The notes under the pieces: generated by a model
Told to the model about the DNA's origin: nothing
What the model saw: the letters and a program-made list of their open reading frames with translations, nothing else
Database searches by the model: none
Shown here: one piece after another, positions 1 to 13,408 of the stretch
How positions within the stretch are numbered: the stretch's first letter is position 1
Layout: each line of letters opens with the position of its first letter
Assembly (NCBI GenBank): GCA_943704425.1
Contig: CALSCP010002090.1
Location: 1 to 43,625, forward strand
Length of the DNA stretch: 43,625 bases
Source of the DNA: Ministeria vibrans ATCC 50519
Taxonomy: Eukaryota; Protista; Filasterea
Direction of reading: 5' to 3'
Program-made: the position numbers and the translations under genes

Positions 1-51
<51 letters not shown>

Positions 52-60
52 AGTGATAGA
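1..60. repeat. (GA)n microsatellite followed by one AAACAAAGTGATAGA motif, inside the MFS gene intron
   Basis: Directly visible; the same motif recurs at several other loci in the window. Confidence 0.95.
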
Positions 61-317
61 CATCAGGCGAGATGCAAGAGATAAGAAATATGATGTCATG
101 GGGCAAGCATTCAGTCATCCATCCTCAAGCGCACACATACAACACACGCACACACACGCAGATATATAACACATCACAACCAAGGTGCACAAATGGATAT
201 GGGGCATGCCGCGTCGACAGACACAGCAAAGATCGTTTTTGTCGACCACAACACGCTGTGTCGCCCATCCTCCTTAATGCCCACCCAACCGGGCAACCGC
301 CGCCTTTCCAAGCTTAC

Positions 318-602
318 CATGTAGCCCACAAAGGGAAACAGCGACGTCATGGTCAGCGAGTTGCCGAACATTGTCAGTGACAAGATTCCAATCACAGTCC
401 ACGAGAGTGCGTTTTTAGGCGGCGCTTCTTCCGCCTTCAACGCCTCCTTGCCTTTCTTCGCCTTCCGCGTCCATCCGTGGTTGCTGTTCGTAGAATCCAC
501 ACGTTGCGAGCGCTCTTCCTCCTCCGCTTGAGCGCTGCATGACTCGATCGACAGCGAATCTCCCTCATCCGCCATAATCGGCGAATTGGCGCGATTTCTC
601 AT
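318..602 (-). CDS. First coding exon of an MFS transporter (ZIFL/Tet-like); gene continues left of the window
   Basis: Hydrophobic TM1 VIGILSLTMFGNSLTMTSLFPFVGYM resembles the ZIFL-type 'SLFPF' segment. GTAAG donor at 317. Start is ATG 602 or 575. Confidence 0.7.
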
Positions 603-768
603 CCCAAAACGTGTCCTATAAGTTCCACTTGACTCGCCCACAACCAAAGCAGTCAAGTCCCAAATATGACAGGAGAAAAATAAAAATAAAAGAAAAAGTC
701 TATATTTTCAATAATTCTCTTCTATTCACATCAAATCATTCAGTAGTAAAATTTTAAAGCAACATCCC

Positions 769-861
769 TCACGAATTGCCATCATAAAATGCCCTCAGCT
801 CTTCGCACTTTCTCTTTTCCTACTCACATTATTCAACAGTCGGTCACATATATTTCTTTTT

Positions 862-953
<92 letters not shown>

Positions 954-2422
954 GTCTCTCTCTCTCTTACCGCTCGATCACCCTCAAAGTCGTCAAACAT
1001 GGTCTGCACCGCCTCATCAAAGCTGTCAACAGAACCCTTGAAGGCACTCGACTCACATTGCTGGCGCAGATTTTTCAGCCGCTCCACAAAGAGGGTCTTG
1101 CCAATGGGGTGCGCCTCAAGCTCAGACACGCGCGTCAACATGACATTCTCCGCACTCTTTGTCTTCGTCTTCTTCTTCGGCGATGCGCCTGCTGATGCCA
1201 CGTCGGGCTCGGGTGCGTGAATGGGACACAGCCAGGGACCGTCGCCGCTGGTGGGCGTCTTCGTCAACTTGGCACACTTGACATGCATCGACACAGTACA
1301 CTTGTCACCACCACAGCGCAACAGTAGTCCTGTCGTCTTCTGGCAGCCTCCACAGTAATTCTCGTGCTCGACAGTTTCATCATCGTCTTCATCAATCACA
1401 CGCGCACGCTTGCTCTTCTTCTTCGTCTTCTTCTCATCACCACCCGCCACCTCCTCTTCTTCCTCACCCTCATTCTCTTCATCCTCTGACTCACTCTCGT
1501 CGCTTTCGCTCTCGTCACTTGCTGGCGCTCTCTTTCGCTTCTTACTCTTCTTCTCCTTCTTGACCTTCTTGGCCTTCTTGACCTTCTTCTCCTTCTTCTC
1601 CTTTTTGGCCTTCTTGGCCTTCTTCCGCTCCTTCTTATCGCATAACGCACACATCCACCCGTCCGCCTGAGACTTCTTCAGCGAAGCACACGCCGGATGA
1701 ATCACAGTAGAGCAGAGCACACACGGTACCAAAACACCGTTGCCCTTACCGCACCTGACACACTCCGTATCGTGCTCGTCCCCTTCCTTCGCCATCACAG
1801 ATGTCTTTGACTCTCCTTTCTTTTTCTTCTCCACACCTTCTAAGCTCTTCTTCTTTGCTACGCACACGTCACAGAACCAATCGTCGTCCGGCACACATCG
1901 CAGTTCCACGCAACGTGGATGGGCCACCGCATCACACCCTTCGCACAGCATCAATGAACCCGAACTCTTCTTGCACACCCCACATTCGCTCTCGTGCGTG
2001 TCTTCTTCTTCTTCGTCTTCGTCGTCTTCGTCGTCAACAACACGTTTCTTTGTTGTCTTCTTCTTCTCTGTCTTCTTTGGCGACGCACAATCGGGACAAT
2101 ACCAGTCGCCGCGTGGCACCGCACGCAGTCCTACACAGTTTGGATGTGCCACAGCATCGCACCCCTCACACAACATGAGAGAGCCTTTGCTAGAGTGACA
2201 CACGCCGCAGTCGTCGTCGTGCGTGTCCTCTCCCTCCTCCTCATCCTCCTCTTCTTCATCGTCATTGTCGCCACCACGCTTAGTCGAACACCGTGCACAG
2301 TACCAGTCGTCATCGGGAACACGTCGCAGTCCGACACAGCGTGGATGGGATACAATTGGACACGACTCACACAGCATGAGCGAGCCCGAGCCACGATTGC
2401 ACACACTACACGAGTCATTGTG

Positions 2423-2464
<42 letters not shown>

Positions 2465-5400
2465 CCCCACCTCAAAATCGTCATCGTCATCATCATCGTC
2501 GATAAACGACGCCGCAGTCGCACGAGTCGTCTTCCGTCGCTTACTTGCGTTGCCCTTGCCGCCTCCGCGAGACGACGCAGGAGCTGCACGCTTCTTAGCA
2601 CTACCACCACGCTTCTTCGTCGACTTCCTGCTGGCCTGACGCAACTTGCGTCGCTCCGCTCGCGCCTTGGCCTTCTCTGTCTTGCGATTCACCCGTGCCA
2701 CACACTTGGCACACGTCCATGTGCCACGAGGCGCCCGCGTCAACTGAGCACACGACAGGTGATACGAGTGCTCACACGTGCCACACACCAACGTCTCAAA
2801 GAAATCGTCCTCCTCCGCAGCTCGACACACACGACACACGCCCTTGGCGAGCGGGCTACCGTCGATCTCATCGTCTTCTTCTTCTTCTTCGTCGTCGTCG
2901 TCCTCCTCCTCCGACTCCTCGTCACTCAAGAGTTCCTCACTGTCGTCATCACGGCCACCGTCGTCCATGCCCTCGTACAGACCTCCGCCCGTGCGCGAGC
3001 TCACGCACTTGGGACAGCGCCAGTAGCCGCGCGGAACGTTGCGCAGGCCAAGACAATCAATGTGATAGGCGCGCGGACAGGTGTCACAGCAAAGAAGTTC
3101 GCCCGCGGAGTGGCAGGCGAAACACTCATCATCATGGTCAATCTCCTTGTCGTCGTTTGCATGTTGACGGTTGCGCGTTGGCGACGACACAGACTGAGGC
3201 TTGCACGCGGTGCACAGCCAGTCGCCCTCAGGAACCTCGCTGAGCGGTGGCTTCAAGCAGAACATGTGAAAGACGAGATCGCAGCCTTCGCACACGAGCG
3301 TCTTGTCGGCGTGCGTCTTCTTGCGACACACCTGACACTTGGCATTCTCAATGCTCTTGTCCCAGCACACAAATCGGTCAAGCACGCCGACGCAGAGCAT
3401 GAGCTCGCCAAGACTCTGCGATCCACGTACCACGTGTAACAGTCGCGAAAGGCACGTCTCGTTCGCATCGCCTGCCGCCAGAAGGTGCACATCCACCGTC
3501 GCCGTCGACTCGCCCGCCTCCACATCTGCTAAGGCGGCTTTTCTCCAAACGGCCACACGTTGCAGCTCGCGTGTTACTTGTTTGGCAGCCGCGCCGCTCC
3601 CAAGCGGCGCAGACAACATGCGCACCTCGACTGACTCAATGAGACGCGCCAGTTCGTGTCCAACCAATGAGATCACCTCGCGAACCGTGTGCGACGATGG
3701 CGCAGCGGTGTTGGCACCTTCAGACTCGCCGTCGCCGCTGCCACTATCACTCGACTTCTTCTCTCTTGGCGCATCACTGGCGCGTCGCCACTGTTTCAGA
3801 CGATCATGCCAGGCATCCCGCTCGTCTTCAGGCACGCCTCCAAGTAGCGCGGCAGTCAAACGATCTTCGAGCTCGGCCATTTCATCGAGGAGCGCCTTGA
3901 GGTAGGTGCCATCTGCGGACTCCTCCTCGGCAACCTTGGCCGCATAGGCGAGTCCTTCGGCCAAATCGGCCGTGTCTAGTTCGGTGAGATCCTCACCCGC
4001 CAGCGACGATGGCTGAGGACCACTAGCTTTGGTGCCCCGTCCAGAGCGAACCGTCGCCTCGCCGACACGATGCTCTTCGCCAAGTACGTTGGCAAGAAGC
4101 TTCTCGCGCAGTGCTCGCTCGCGCACACCACGTTGCTCAAGGGTGGTGGCAAAGGCTACGGGGTCAACAACGCGCGCAAGAACTGACGTGTGTCCATCAG
4201 GCGCAGTCGTGACGGCAAACCAGCCGGGGAGCGCGTGAAAACGCCAGTAGGTGCGTCCACGACGGTCGACACCAAGCGGCTGAGAACGCGAGCAGCCTTG
4301 TGAGTCCCACAGGCGTGCCCGAATTTTTCCCTCTTCCGCCTGACGCTTGCGTAGACGCTTCTCCAGCGCGAGTCGCTCCGTCTCGACACGTTCGGTGGTA
4401 TGACGATGGGCCAGCGCCTGCTCGCGCTCAAAACTTGTGTTGGCCGCAGCCNNTGTGTTGGCCGCAGCCGCACTCTCGGCCGAAGCCTGTTTGCCCTTCT
4501 TGCTACCCTTGGCCTGCGTCGTAAGCTCCAGTGCCGCGGCAGCCGCGGCACTCTGAGCGTCCGTCGCTGCCTTGTTCTTTGCCTCGAGTTCCTCTTTGGC
4601 TTCCTTCTCGCGCTCGCGCTCGTTCTTGCGCAGCTGCCTCTCCGCTGCGTCACGCTCCATGTCCATACGTCGCCACTCGGCGAGTGTCTCGCGCAACGAC
4701 TTGCGCGCGTCAAAATACTGCTCGTGAGACTCATCGATGCGTTGCGTTGCGTACTCCGTGACGCACACGGCGTCTACAAGCTGCTCAAGAAGCACCACTT
4801 TGTCTCGTGCGAGCAGATCACAAAACGCAACGCGCTCAAGTGATGCAAGCGACTCGCTCACGCCCCCCTCGACGACATGACCACGCGCCAGCTCGTGCGC
4901 AAGAAACATGTGGAGGAGCGGTGAAAGGGTCACGGCGTTGACATGGGCGAGTTTGAGTGGGAGACGCATCACAGCGTCGAGAGTCCTGCACGAGTCGGAC
5001 TCGAGTGCAATCTTGAGCAACTCAATGGCAAGCAGCACTGAGCTGCCCTCGACGTCCGTGTCCATCATGGCATTGCCCACACCGGCCGGAGTGGAAAACG
5101 CTGCGGGCAAGTGAAACACGTCAAATACGGCGGCAAACTCGACAACGGCCACCGCACGCATAATGAGGTCGACGGGCAGTGGTAAAGCAAGGGGTGTGAG
5201 TTCGCCCAGGGCACACGCATCGGCAATGTCGTCGTCGTCGCGAATGCGACGGTTCTCCCTCTCAAACTGACGTTGCTTCTCTCGCTCCGCCTTGAGCCGT
5301 TCGCGTTCCTGCTCTCGCTTCTCCTTCTTCAGCCTCTCCGCCAACACGTCCGCCTGCTTCGACTTCTCGTCCATGCGCTTGAGCGCTTTCACATCAAGCT

Positions 5401-6393
5401 GCTTCATCTTGACTCCGCCAAGCTGAAGCATGTCGATCATGGTCAGCTGTCGCCCGGAGGCCGCTGCGGCCCCTGCTGTCTTCTTGGCACGTCGAATCAC
5501 ATCGGTTGGCGCAACGCGTGGGCGACGCGTCGCCTCGACCACGCGTTGCATCACGATTGCCAGCACGCCGTCCGATTCCTTGCTCACCGAACTCAGCAGC
5601 CTGTTGAGGTTCTCGTGGTCGAGTGGCGTCAGTTCGCTGCTCATGACACACTCTGGCTCCTCGGAGTCGTCGTCGTCGTCACCGCTGCCACCGCCACGAC
5701 CCCCACCGCTGATGGAAGGGGTGGAAAGTGAATCGGCGCGACGATGCACAAGACTGTGTTTGGGACGCGGCAGCTTGAACTCGTCACACCACGCATCGGT
5801 GACGACCAGACGGCCCGCGCGACGACGCGTCGCGCTGCGAATAAACGTGCGAATGGCCTCGCGTGTCGCCACCTTGTGGCGGTTTGGAAACGGTTCACAC
5901 TCGCTCGCTGCGACCGTTTTCGTGTCGGTGCCCTGCAGTATCACGTATCGTGCAGGGCGCGAACCAAAGGGTAAAAGAGGTCCCTTGCTTCGCTGCTTTG
6001 GTGTTGTTGCCGCCGACGACGAAGGAGTGCCTGCCTCAGTCGCAACGGGAGACTCACCAACGTTCTTGCTCGTAGAGCCAGAGAGCAGGGGAGTGTCTTC
6101 ATCGCAATCCACAACAGTGGTGTTGTTGTTGCTGTCGGTGACTACCGAAGCGTCCAAAATGGACAAAATGGTCGCTTCACTGTTTGATGGCACGTGATTG
6201 ACAGCCTCGCCCTGAAAGCAGCACGACGAAGCGAGTCCTGCAATGACACTGTCCGTCGCGCGATCAAGAGTCACCTTGTCGTCAACACTTCGCAGCAGCA
6301 TCTCAACCGTTGCACGTCTCACATACAGCGGAACACGATCTGACACGTTCCTGTCAGCATTTTGTTCATGACACAATGCCTATCACACAAACA

Positions 6394-6472
<79 letters not shown>

Positions 6473-7355
6473 GAGAAAGAAACAAAAGTGATAGAGAGAG
6501 TTAAATAAAGTGATTAAGTAAGTAAGGAGAAGAACAAGATAGAAGAACAAAGTGATAAAGTGAGTAAGGAGAGAGAGTGATAGATAGTAAAAAGGAGAAC
6601 AGGTAAGCGATGGAAAGAGAGAGAAGAAGAAAAGAAACAAAGTGAGAAGAAAGGAAAGCAACAAAGCGAGAAGAGGGGAAAGCAACAGAGTGATAGAGAG
6701 AAAGTGTGTGTGTGTTGTGTGTGTGTGTGTGAGTGAGTGAGTGAGACAGAAAAAAAATCAGACACACTCGCTCGTCACACAAATCACAGAAACAGGTTAA
6801 ATTGTTGCAGTAGGGAAGGAAGAGTCGCATGTTCGCCGTATCGGTCGTTCTGTGACGGGCTGTGGTGCTTTTCAGAGTGTCCTTTGGGTTTGGCGAACGA
6901 AAAACGAGAAACGCGCGCGAAACGTTTTTTTTTTTCGATGCGAATCACGAACGTCAACGAACATTACGAGAGAAGTCCTACAGCTGACATACCTGGGCAT
7001 ACGTCATGTTTCCCCTGCCCGACGTTCGACACGACCACAATGGCTTCTTGTACAGCGCCAGACGATCCGAATATTCCCTAAGTCAAACACAAAAGGAACA
7101 CAATGCAACACACAGAAGATGAGAATGGAAACGGGCGCGAGTCGTGTGCGTGGATATGTATGTGAACGGGTGCGTGTGTGTGTATGGATGTGTGTGTGTG
7201 TGTGCGTGCGTGTAACGACTCGGGTAAGCGAGGATCACATACTCGTAGGAGCGAAAGACTTCGCCAGTTTCCTCATAGACAAAGACCAGCTCGGCAGGAT
7301 ACAAGTCGGGTGGGCGACGAGCAAGAACCCACTCGGACTTTTTGAACAGGGGCAT
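769..7355 (-). CDS. BAZ1A: BAZ1A/ACF1 (WSTF-family) ISWI-associated chromatin factor: WAC, DDT, WHIM/WSD, 8 PHD fingers, degenerate bromodomain; about 1885 aa
   Basis: Exons 7355-7243, 7077-6993, 6379-971, 819-769 are GT-AG and frame-consistent. WAC: MPLFKK...ETGEVFRSYEEYSDRLALYKKPLWSCRTSGRGNMTYAQAL. WSD: QPLGVDRRGRTYW and RGVRERAL. Eight PHD-type Cys/His motifs. Confidence 0.88.
864..967. repeat. (CT)n microsatellite filling the last BAZ1A intron (820-970)
   Basis: Visible. On the minus strand it is flanked by a GTAAGA donor and a TAG acceptor, so the ORF track's poly-RE tail is intronic. Confidence 0.9.
6396..6745. repeat. GA-rich compound repeat with degenerate AAACAAAGTGATAGAG units and (GT)n, in BAZ1A intron 2
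   Basis: Directly visible. Confidence 0.9.
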
Positions 7356-7690
7356 GTCTATACACGTAAAATTATTATTGATTTTTCAATATGATTACTG
7401 ATTAGAATTTAGAGTGTTGATTCAAGCAATGTGTGTAGCAAAAAACGAAGGGAAAGCAGCAATGTTCAATGTAGGAACGGCGCCATACTGATTACTGAGT
7501 ACTGAGCACTGACTACTGTTATTTATGAACTGATTAGTGAAATCAAAAGTGAAAGGTGTGTGTGTGAAGGTGAAGGAAGGCGGAACGACACATGATCGTC
7601 TCGGGATAAATCAAATCATAAAATATATAATTAATAAATCACTCTTCTCTTGCCTCCTCGACTTGAACCTTGCGGCCGCCCACCAATTGC
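7356..7690. promoter_or_regulatory. Bidirectional promoter BAZ1A/NUP210 with clustered TACTGA motifs
   Basis: Divergent ATGs about 335 bp apart, AT-rich; TACTGATTACTGAGTACTGAGCACTGACTACTG at about 7486-7518. Confidence 0.6.
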
Positions 7691-10600
7691 ATGCTCAAAA
7701 TGATGCTGATCACCGCGGTGGCAGCGCTTGTCCTTTGCACTGTTCAGGTCGACGCTTCAACCCAACGATCTCTCAACGCGCTTCAGGTCCTCTTGCCGCT
7801 CGCCACAACTCGCGACGATACAAGAATAAGCGTCAACTTCACGCTGACGGGCCCACCCAAGGCGCGCTACAAATGGTAAAGCAGCGTCTGCACGTTTTGT
7901 CGTTTGTCCTCTGCTCCCGTCGCCTCCCCCGTCTCCCGCCATCCCCCTCTTCCCCCTCCCCCTTCCCCTTTCTCTTCCTTTCCCTCGTCCTCTCTCTGTC
8001 TCTCTCTCTCTCTTTCCTTCTCTCTCTCTCCGTCTGCCATGCTTTCTTTGATATTTCCCTTTGTCGACAATCGCGCTCAAACGTTTTTTTTTTTTTTTTT
8101 TTTTTAAAAAAANNNNNNNNTTTTTTTTTTGAAAAAAAACTCGGGTTTGACTTTTTTCAGGATGTCGACGATGCCACAAGTTGCGTCGGTGTCTGCGCTG
8201 GCCGACACGTCGACCGACCTGGCGATGCACCCGTCACAGCGCGTGACGCGGTCTGCCGTGATCGAAGCGATGTCTACATCGCGCGAACGTGCGTCGACAT
8301 TGATCATGGCGGAGGAAGCCACGACGGGCAACCTGCTGCGCTGCGACGTCTTTGTGGACGCCATCACGCGCATTGAGATCATCACACGCACTCGTGTATT
8401 GCACCTCGACGACGTGGAGCTCTTTGAAATTGCTGCGTTTGACAGCGAAGGCAATCTCTTTTCTAGTCTCGAAGGTAACGAATGCTTTTGTTTCTCTCAC
8501 TCTTTCTCTCTCTCTTTCACACCCTTTCTTCTTTATCTTTGCTAAAATTGATTTTGGTAGGACTGCGATTTCAATGGGAAATATTGAGCAGTGGCGACGG
8601 TGTGCCGGGTACGAGCATTCTTCAGTTTGAGTCGTTCCGTCTGTCAAGCGTCGACGTCTCGACAGTCGTGGAGAATATGGAACGCGCCGGCATGCAAGGC
8701 GATCGAGTACTGGTGCGAGGCATTTCGACGGGCACTGCCTTTGTGCGCGCGAGCGTAGTCGAGCCAGGCCACGAAAATGTGCCGTCGTCCAAGGTGAAAC
8801 TGTCGGTGATTGAGCCATTCATGCTCGAACCATTTGAGGCCATTTATCTTGCCCGCTACGCCTTCCTTGCCTACCGCCTGCGACGCAGTCGTGCACCTCG
8901 CGGCGAGTATGTGCAGCTTCCCAGTCCGCAATACCTCTGGTCCGTCACCAACAACAAGATTCTCGAGCTTGCCGAGCCCCGCAATGGACTGGTCAGCGCC
9001 CTTGAGCTCGGCGACGCCACGCTTGTCGTCGTCGACAAAAACATGACGGAGAACGAAGCGCGCGCTGCCATTCATGTTGTCGTTCCCGCCTTTATTGGCT
9101 TCTTTGTGCGCCCCATTATCTCGTCCAAGGGGGCCCCATCCACTGCTCCTTTTAACACCGACGACAACAATTCCCATCCCTTTGCTTCCAGCACGTCCTC
9201 CTCTGCATCTACTCCTTCGTCGTCCTCCTCCTCCACCTCCAACTGGCACCTTGAGCGCGGGCGCGAATACGAGTTTGGTGTGGAGCTTTTTGACGAGCAC
9301 TCGCATCGCATGGTCATTTCGGCCAATGTCGTCTTTGGCACGGTCGTGCCCGAATCCCACCTCACGGCGCTGAGTGCCTCTTCTAACCACTCCCACTATC
9401 ATGTACGACCACACCGGAGTGGCGTTGCCATTGCCACTACCTCTATTAGCGACATCAAGGAACGTCTCAATCGCGGCGGTGTGTACACGCTGCCCAAGGC
9501 ACTCTCGATGCGCCAGGAGATTCACATTTTTGAGCCGGTCGTGGTACAGCCGCACGTTGTTCGGCTGCCTCTGTACGGTGCGTCGGGCGACGGTGAACAC
9601 TCGTACCGCGTCAACGTCACCGGCGGCTCCGGCTCTTTTTTGTGGGACTCCGACTCGTCACCCGTGGCCGTTGTCAACGCCTCGGGTGTGGTGACGGGCG
9701 GCGGTGCGGGGCGTGTCGCTGGCACTGCGCGAGTGGTCGCTGTCGATCGTCGCAATCATTTGCACCGCGACACGGCCAAAGTACTCGTGGCGCCCACTGC
9801 GTCAATGCGCTTTATGCCATCGCGCGTGGAAATCACCGTTGGACAGCAGTTGGTGCTGCCCCTTGCAGCGTTTACTGCGGCGGACATCGAGGACGCAGGC
9901 ATGTTCCACAATTGCTCGCGTCTCCTGGTGCACTACCGTGTTGCCGATCCCACCATGTTTCGTGTCGTGTCGCCGGCCGATCCGGATTTTGATGTGTCCG
10001 TTCAACTGATTGGCGAACAAGGATGCACTACGGTCGCTGTCATTGCCCTGCGCGAGGGTCATACGACACTCACGGCCCTCTACCGTGACGGCATTCAGGC
10101 GGACGTGACACTCTTTGCGTACCGTCCGCTTGCCGCCGTTGCTCCCTCACCCATGCCCATTGTGGTCTCGTATGGCTCCATGGCAACCCTCGTGGTCGAA
10201 GGCGGTCCTCGTCCGTGGCTCTTTGACACGACGCTGCACGCCGAGACAGTCACCGCCAGTGTTCCCGAGAAAATCCTTCTGCTCGATCGCGTTGACAACG
10301 GAGCGAGTGGTAGCAACAGTGGTGGTAGCAGCCACCACCACAACCAAGTGGCCGAGCCACAGCCGCGTGCCTACCCTCTTCATGCGATCCAGTATACGGA
10401 GCAGACGTTGACGGTCACATGTGGCAATCGCCCTTCGCCTCAGAACCTCTATCCGGCTCGCGAGCAAATCACCATCACGTTTGTATGTGCCAATCCGCAT
10501 CGCATTGCCGTGCATCCAGTGATTACGCGCCCTGCCCTCGGCAGCGATGCTTGCCCCGGGAGTAGCGAGACCGCCGTAGGCGGCAGTACAGCTTATACGG

Positions 10601-13377
10601 TGGTACAGGTGCGCAACAACCGCACCTTGCCTTTTGCGCTGACGGTGCTCGACGCCAAGGAGCGCCCCTTTGCCAATGTGAGCACCATCAAATTTAACTG
10701 GTCGCTTGACGATAGTGCGCGTGTCACGGAAATTGCATCCCTGTTACCCCCGCCGGCCATTGTTGGTGGCGAATGGCCCGCGCGTCCCGGTCGTTCGGTG
10801 CGACTGAGCGCCACGCGCGGCATTGCCAAGCTCACCATTGAGACCGATGGCTTCTTCGTACCCGCTTTTGTCGAGACGGTGCGTCTGGAACATGCCACCA
10901 AACCACACAATGATGGAGCTGGTGCTGCTGCAGGCGATGCGGCTGCCAGTGCTGGTGATGCGGCTGCCAGTGCTGGTGATGGACGACCGCCGTGGTCGTT
11001 GCCACACGTACTGCAGACTCTTGAGTTGCGACTCGTGCGCAATGCACGAGTGATTCCTCCTCATTTTTCGCTCTTTTTCGATCGGAACAACACGGTGGTG
11101 CTCCCCGTGTTTGATGGCTCTGGACAATTTCGCGTGAGTCTCAATGTCTCGACCCTGACGAGCGCGCATTATGATGCCAAACAAAATGGAATTGCTCTGA
11201 CACCCGCCGCTTGCTGTGGCGGCGTTCTTTTGCGCGTGTCCGACTTGTGTTTGGGCGACTCGGACGATGCGCTTGTGAGCGTCACGGTCAGCAAGGTGCA
11301 CTCCTTTGAGGTGGTCGCACCCGAACATGTGATGCTGGGGGCGCTCGAGCCCACGAATGTACGTGTGCTCGACATGTACCAGCGTCCATTTCCTCGCTCG
11401 CAGCACACCGTCATGAATTTGCGTCCGGTTGTCACGTCCGACGTGATTGTCCTCACGCCCAAAGCGGTGGACACGGATGATGGCAAGGGATCGAGCGAGA
11501 GTGAAGATGGTGCGTGGCATGGACGCCTTGTGGCCTCTGACGGCGAGTACATCTTGCATGGACACCATCTGGGCAGCAGCCAGTTAGCATTTTTGGCGGG
11601 CGGTGCGCGTTCGTCGCAGTATCCCGTTCATGTATTCTCGCCGCTTGCGCTTGTTCCCGGCAGTTTGTGGCTCGTGCCTTCGGCGGTATTTCAAATGCTA
11701 GCGACTGGTGGGCCCTATGCGGGCGTGAGCACACGTTTCCAACTCGAAAACGACACGGTGGCGCACGTGAGTGCCGTGGGGGTGGTGAGCGCACGTCGCG
11801 TGGGCACCACCACTCTGACCGCGACCTCCGTTGCAGTGGGTCGTCCGTCCAAGGTCGACGAAGACTCTGCGAGTTCTGCCACCAAAACGGCGACCTCGAC
11901 GATGACTAAAGGGAGCGCGCACGCACAACCTTTGCACCCAACCAAGTCGGCACTTTTGCAAGAGCAAGAGTACGCACGTGACAGTGGCACTGTCCGCGTG
12001 ACCCAGCTGAGCGGGATTGGTATTCGTGTGTCGAGCACACGCATTGTCGCCGGATCGCATGTGCCTCTGGAGGTGGTGGGCCGCGATGGTGAGTCTGCCT
12101 TTGTGTTTGCGACCGCCCCGTCGCTGGCATTCGACTGGTCCTGCAAAGAGTCTGCCATTGCCATGCTCTGGCCAGGAAATCGCCGTTCCAACATTGTCGG
12201 CGCGAGGGCCAAAACGACAACGACGACCACGACCACGACCACGACGACGAAGAGTAAACATGGGGGGCACACTAGCACGACGGGTGATGGTGGCGATCGA
12301 CTGTCGTACTACGGCGTGGGCGGTCACTCCGCACTGCTCGTGACCAGTGCTGCTGGTGTTGTGGGCGTGTCGGTGACGCTGACGTTGCGCCCCGACGTGA
12401 TTGAGCAACTTCAGGGGGAACACGACCGTCCGCTCGTGGCCGGCGTGGACCAGTTGACGGCATCTATCCAGTTAGAGATTGTCGAGCCACTGCGTCTGCT
12501 CACGCCCACACGATTGTTGTTGCCACCGCACGGGAGTGCGATTATTGTGACGAACAAACGGCGAGTGCTCTTTCAGGTGACATGCGACTGTGCGACGTCG
12601 TCCCAGAAGGCGCCTATCATCCAGGTGAACGAGCAGGGTGTGGTGACTGTGGTGGGCGACGCAGGGGGCCAAGCACGAGTGGTTGTGACGTCGTACGACG
12701 ACAATGTGAACCAGTCTGCCGTGGTGGTGGTCGAGGTGCATGCCATCACGTCGCTCGTAGTCACCGAGCGATCCGATCAGGCGGACGCGGCGACGACAAG
12801 TGGGGCACTGACGAGTCTGCCACTCGGTCTTGACGCTGCGTATGAGATTGTGTGTGTCGACGAGCACGGACGTCGGTTTGATTCGCTTGCGGGAGTGCGC
12901 TTTGTGCTGGTGCTTAGTCGCCTGGACGTTCTCACCATTGTGCGTGGTGGCGGAGGAACGGGCGAGAGTGAGGCTGGTGAACAGGTGGAGCGCGCGGCCA
13001 ATACCCATGTGGTCCATGGTGCAATGAATCGGGCGCGCACCGCGTTTACGGTGCGTGCTGCTGGTGAAGGCGACGTGCTGCTGGCGGTCACTGTGGAGAG
13101 TGGGGGCAACATCACTATGACCACCTCCAAGGGAGACGGTGAAACAGAGACATCATCATCATCATCATCATCATCATCAACGACAACAACAACAACAGCG
13201 AATAGTAAAGCTGAGAGCATCAAGGCACGGCAGACACGACGAGGCGGTCAGAACGATGTGGAGCAGACGGCTCGTGCGTTTGTACACGTCCATGTGACCC
13301 ATGGACTCTTGCCCCACATGCCCATTCTACATGTGGGCTCGACCATTCAGTTTGCGCCCACTTTTGACGTGGACTCT

Positions 13378-13408
<31 letters not shown>

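Noticed and set aside
833-970. Poly-RE C-terminus of the 1847-aa ORF
   Set aside because: Better explained as a (GA)n intron with a GTAAGA donor and an in-frame terminal exon.
1994-3439. Long antisense ORFs (for example 481 aa here, 335 aa opposite RPL4, 337 aa at 30163)
   Set aside because: Shadow frames from GC-rich biased codons; no recognisable motifs.
4436-4470. Direct repeat TGTGTTGGCCGCAGCC flanking NN
   Set aside because: Typical contig-overlap artefact at a gap; not treated as biological.
10933-10980. 21-bp tandem duplication (GDAAASA x2) in NUP210
   Set aside because: Ordinary low-complexity loop expansion.
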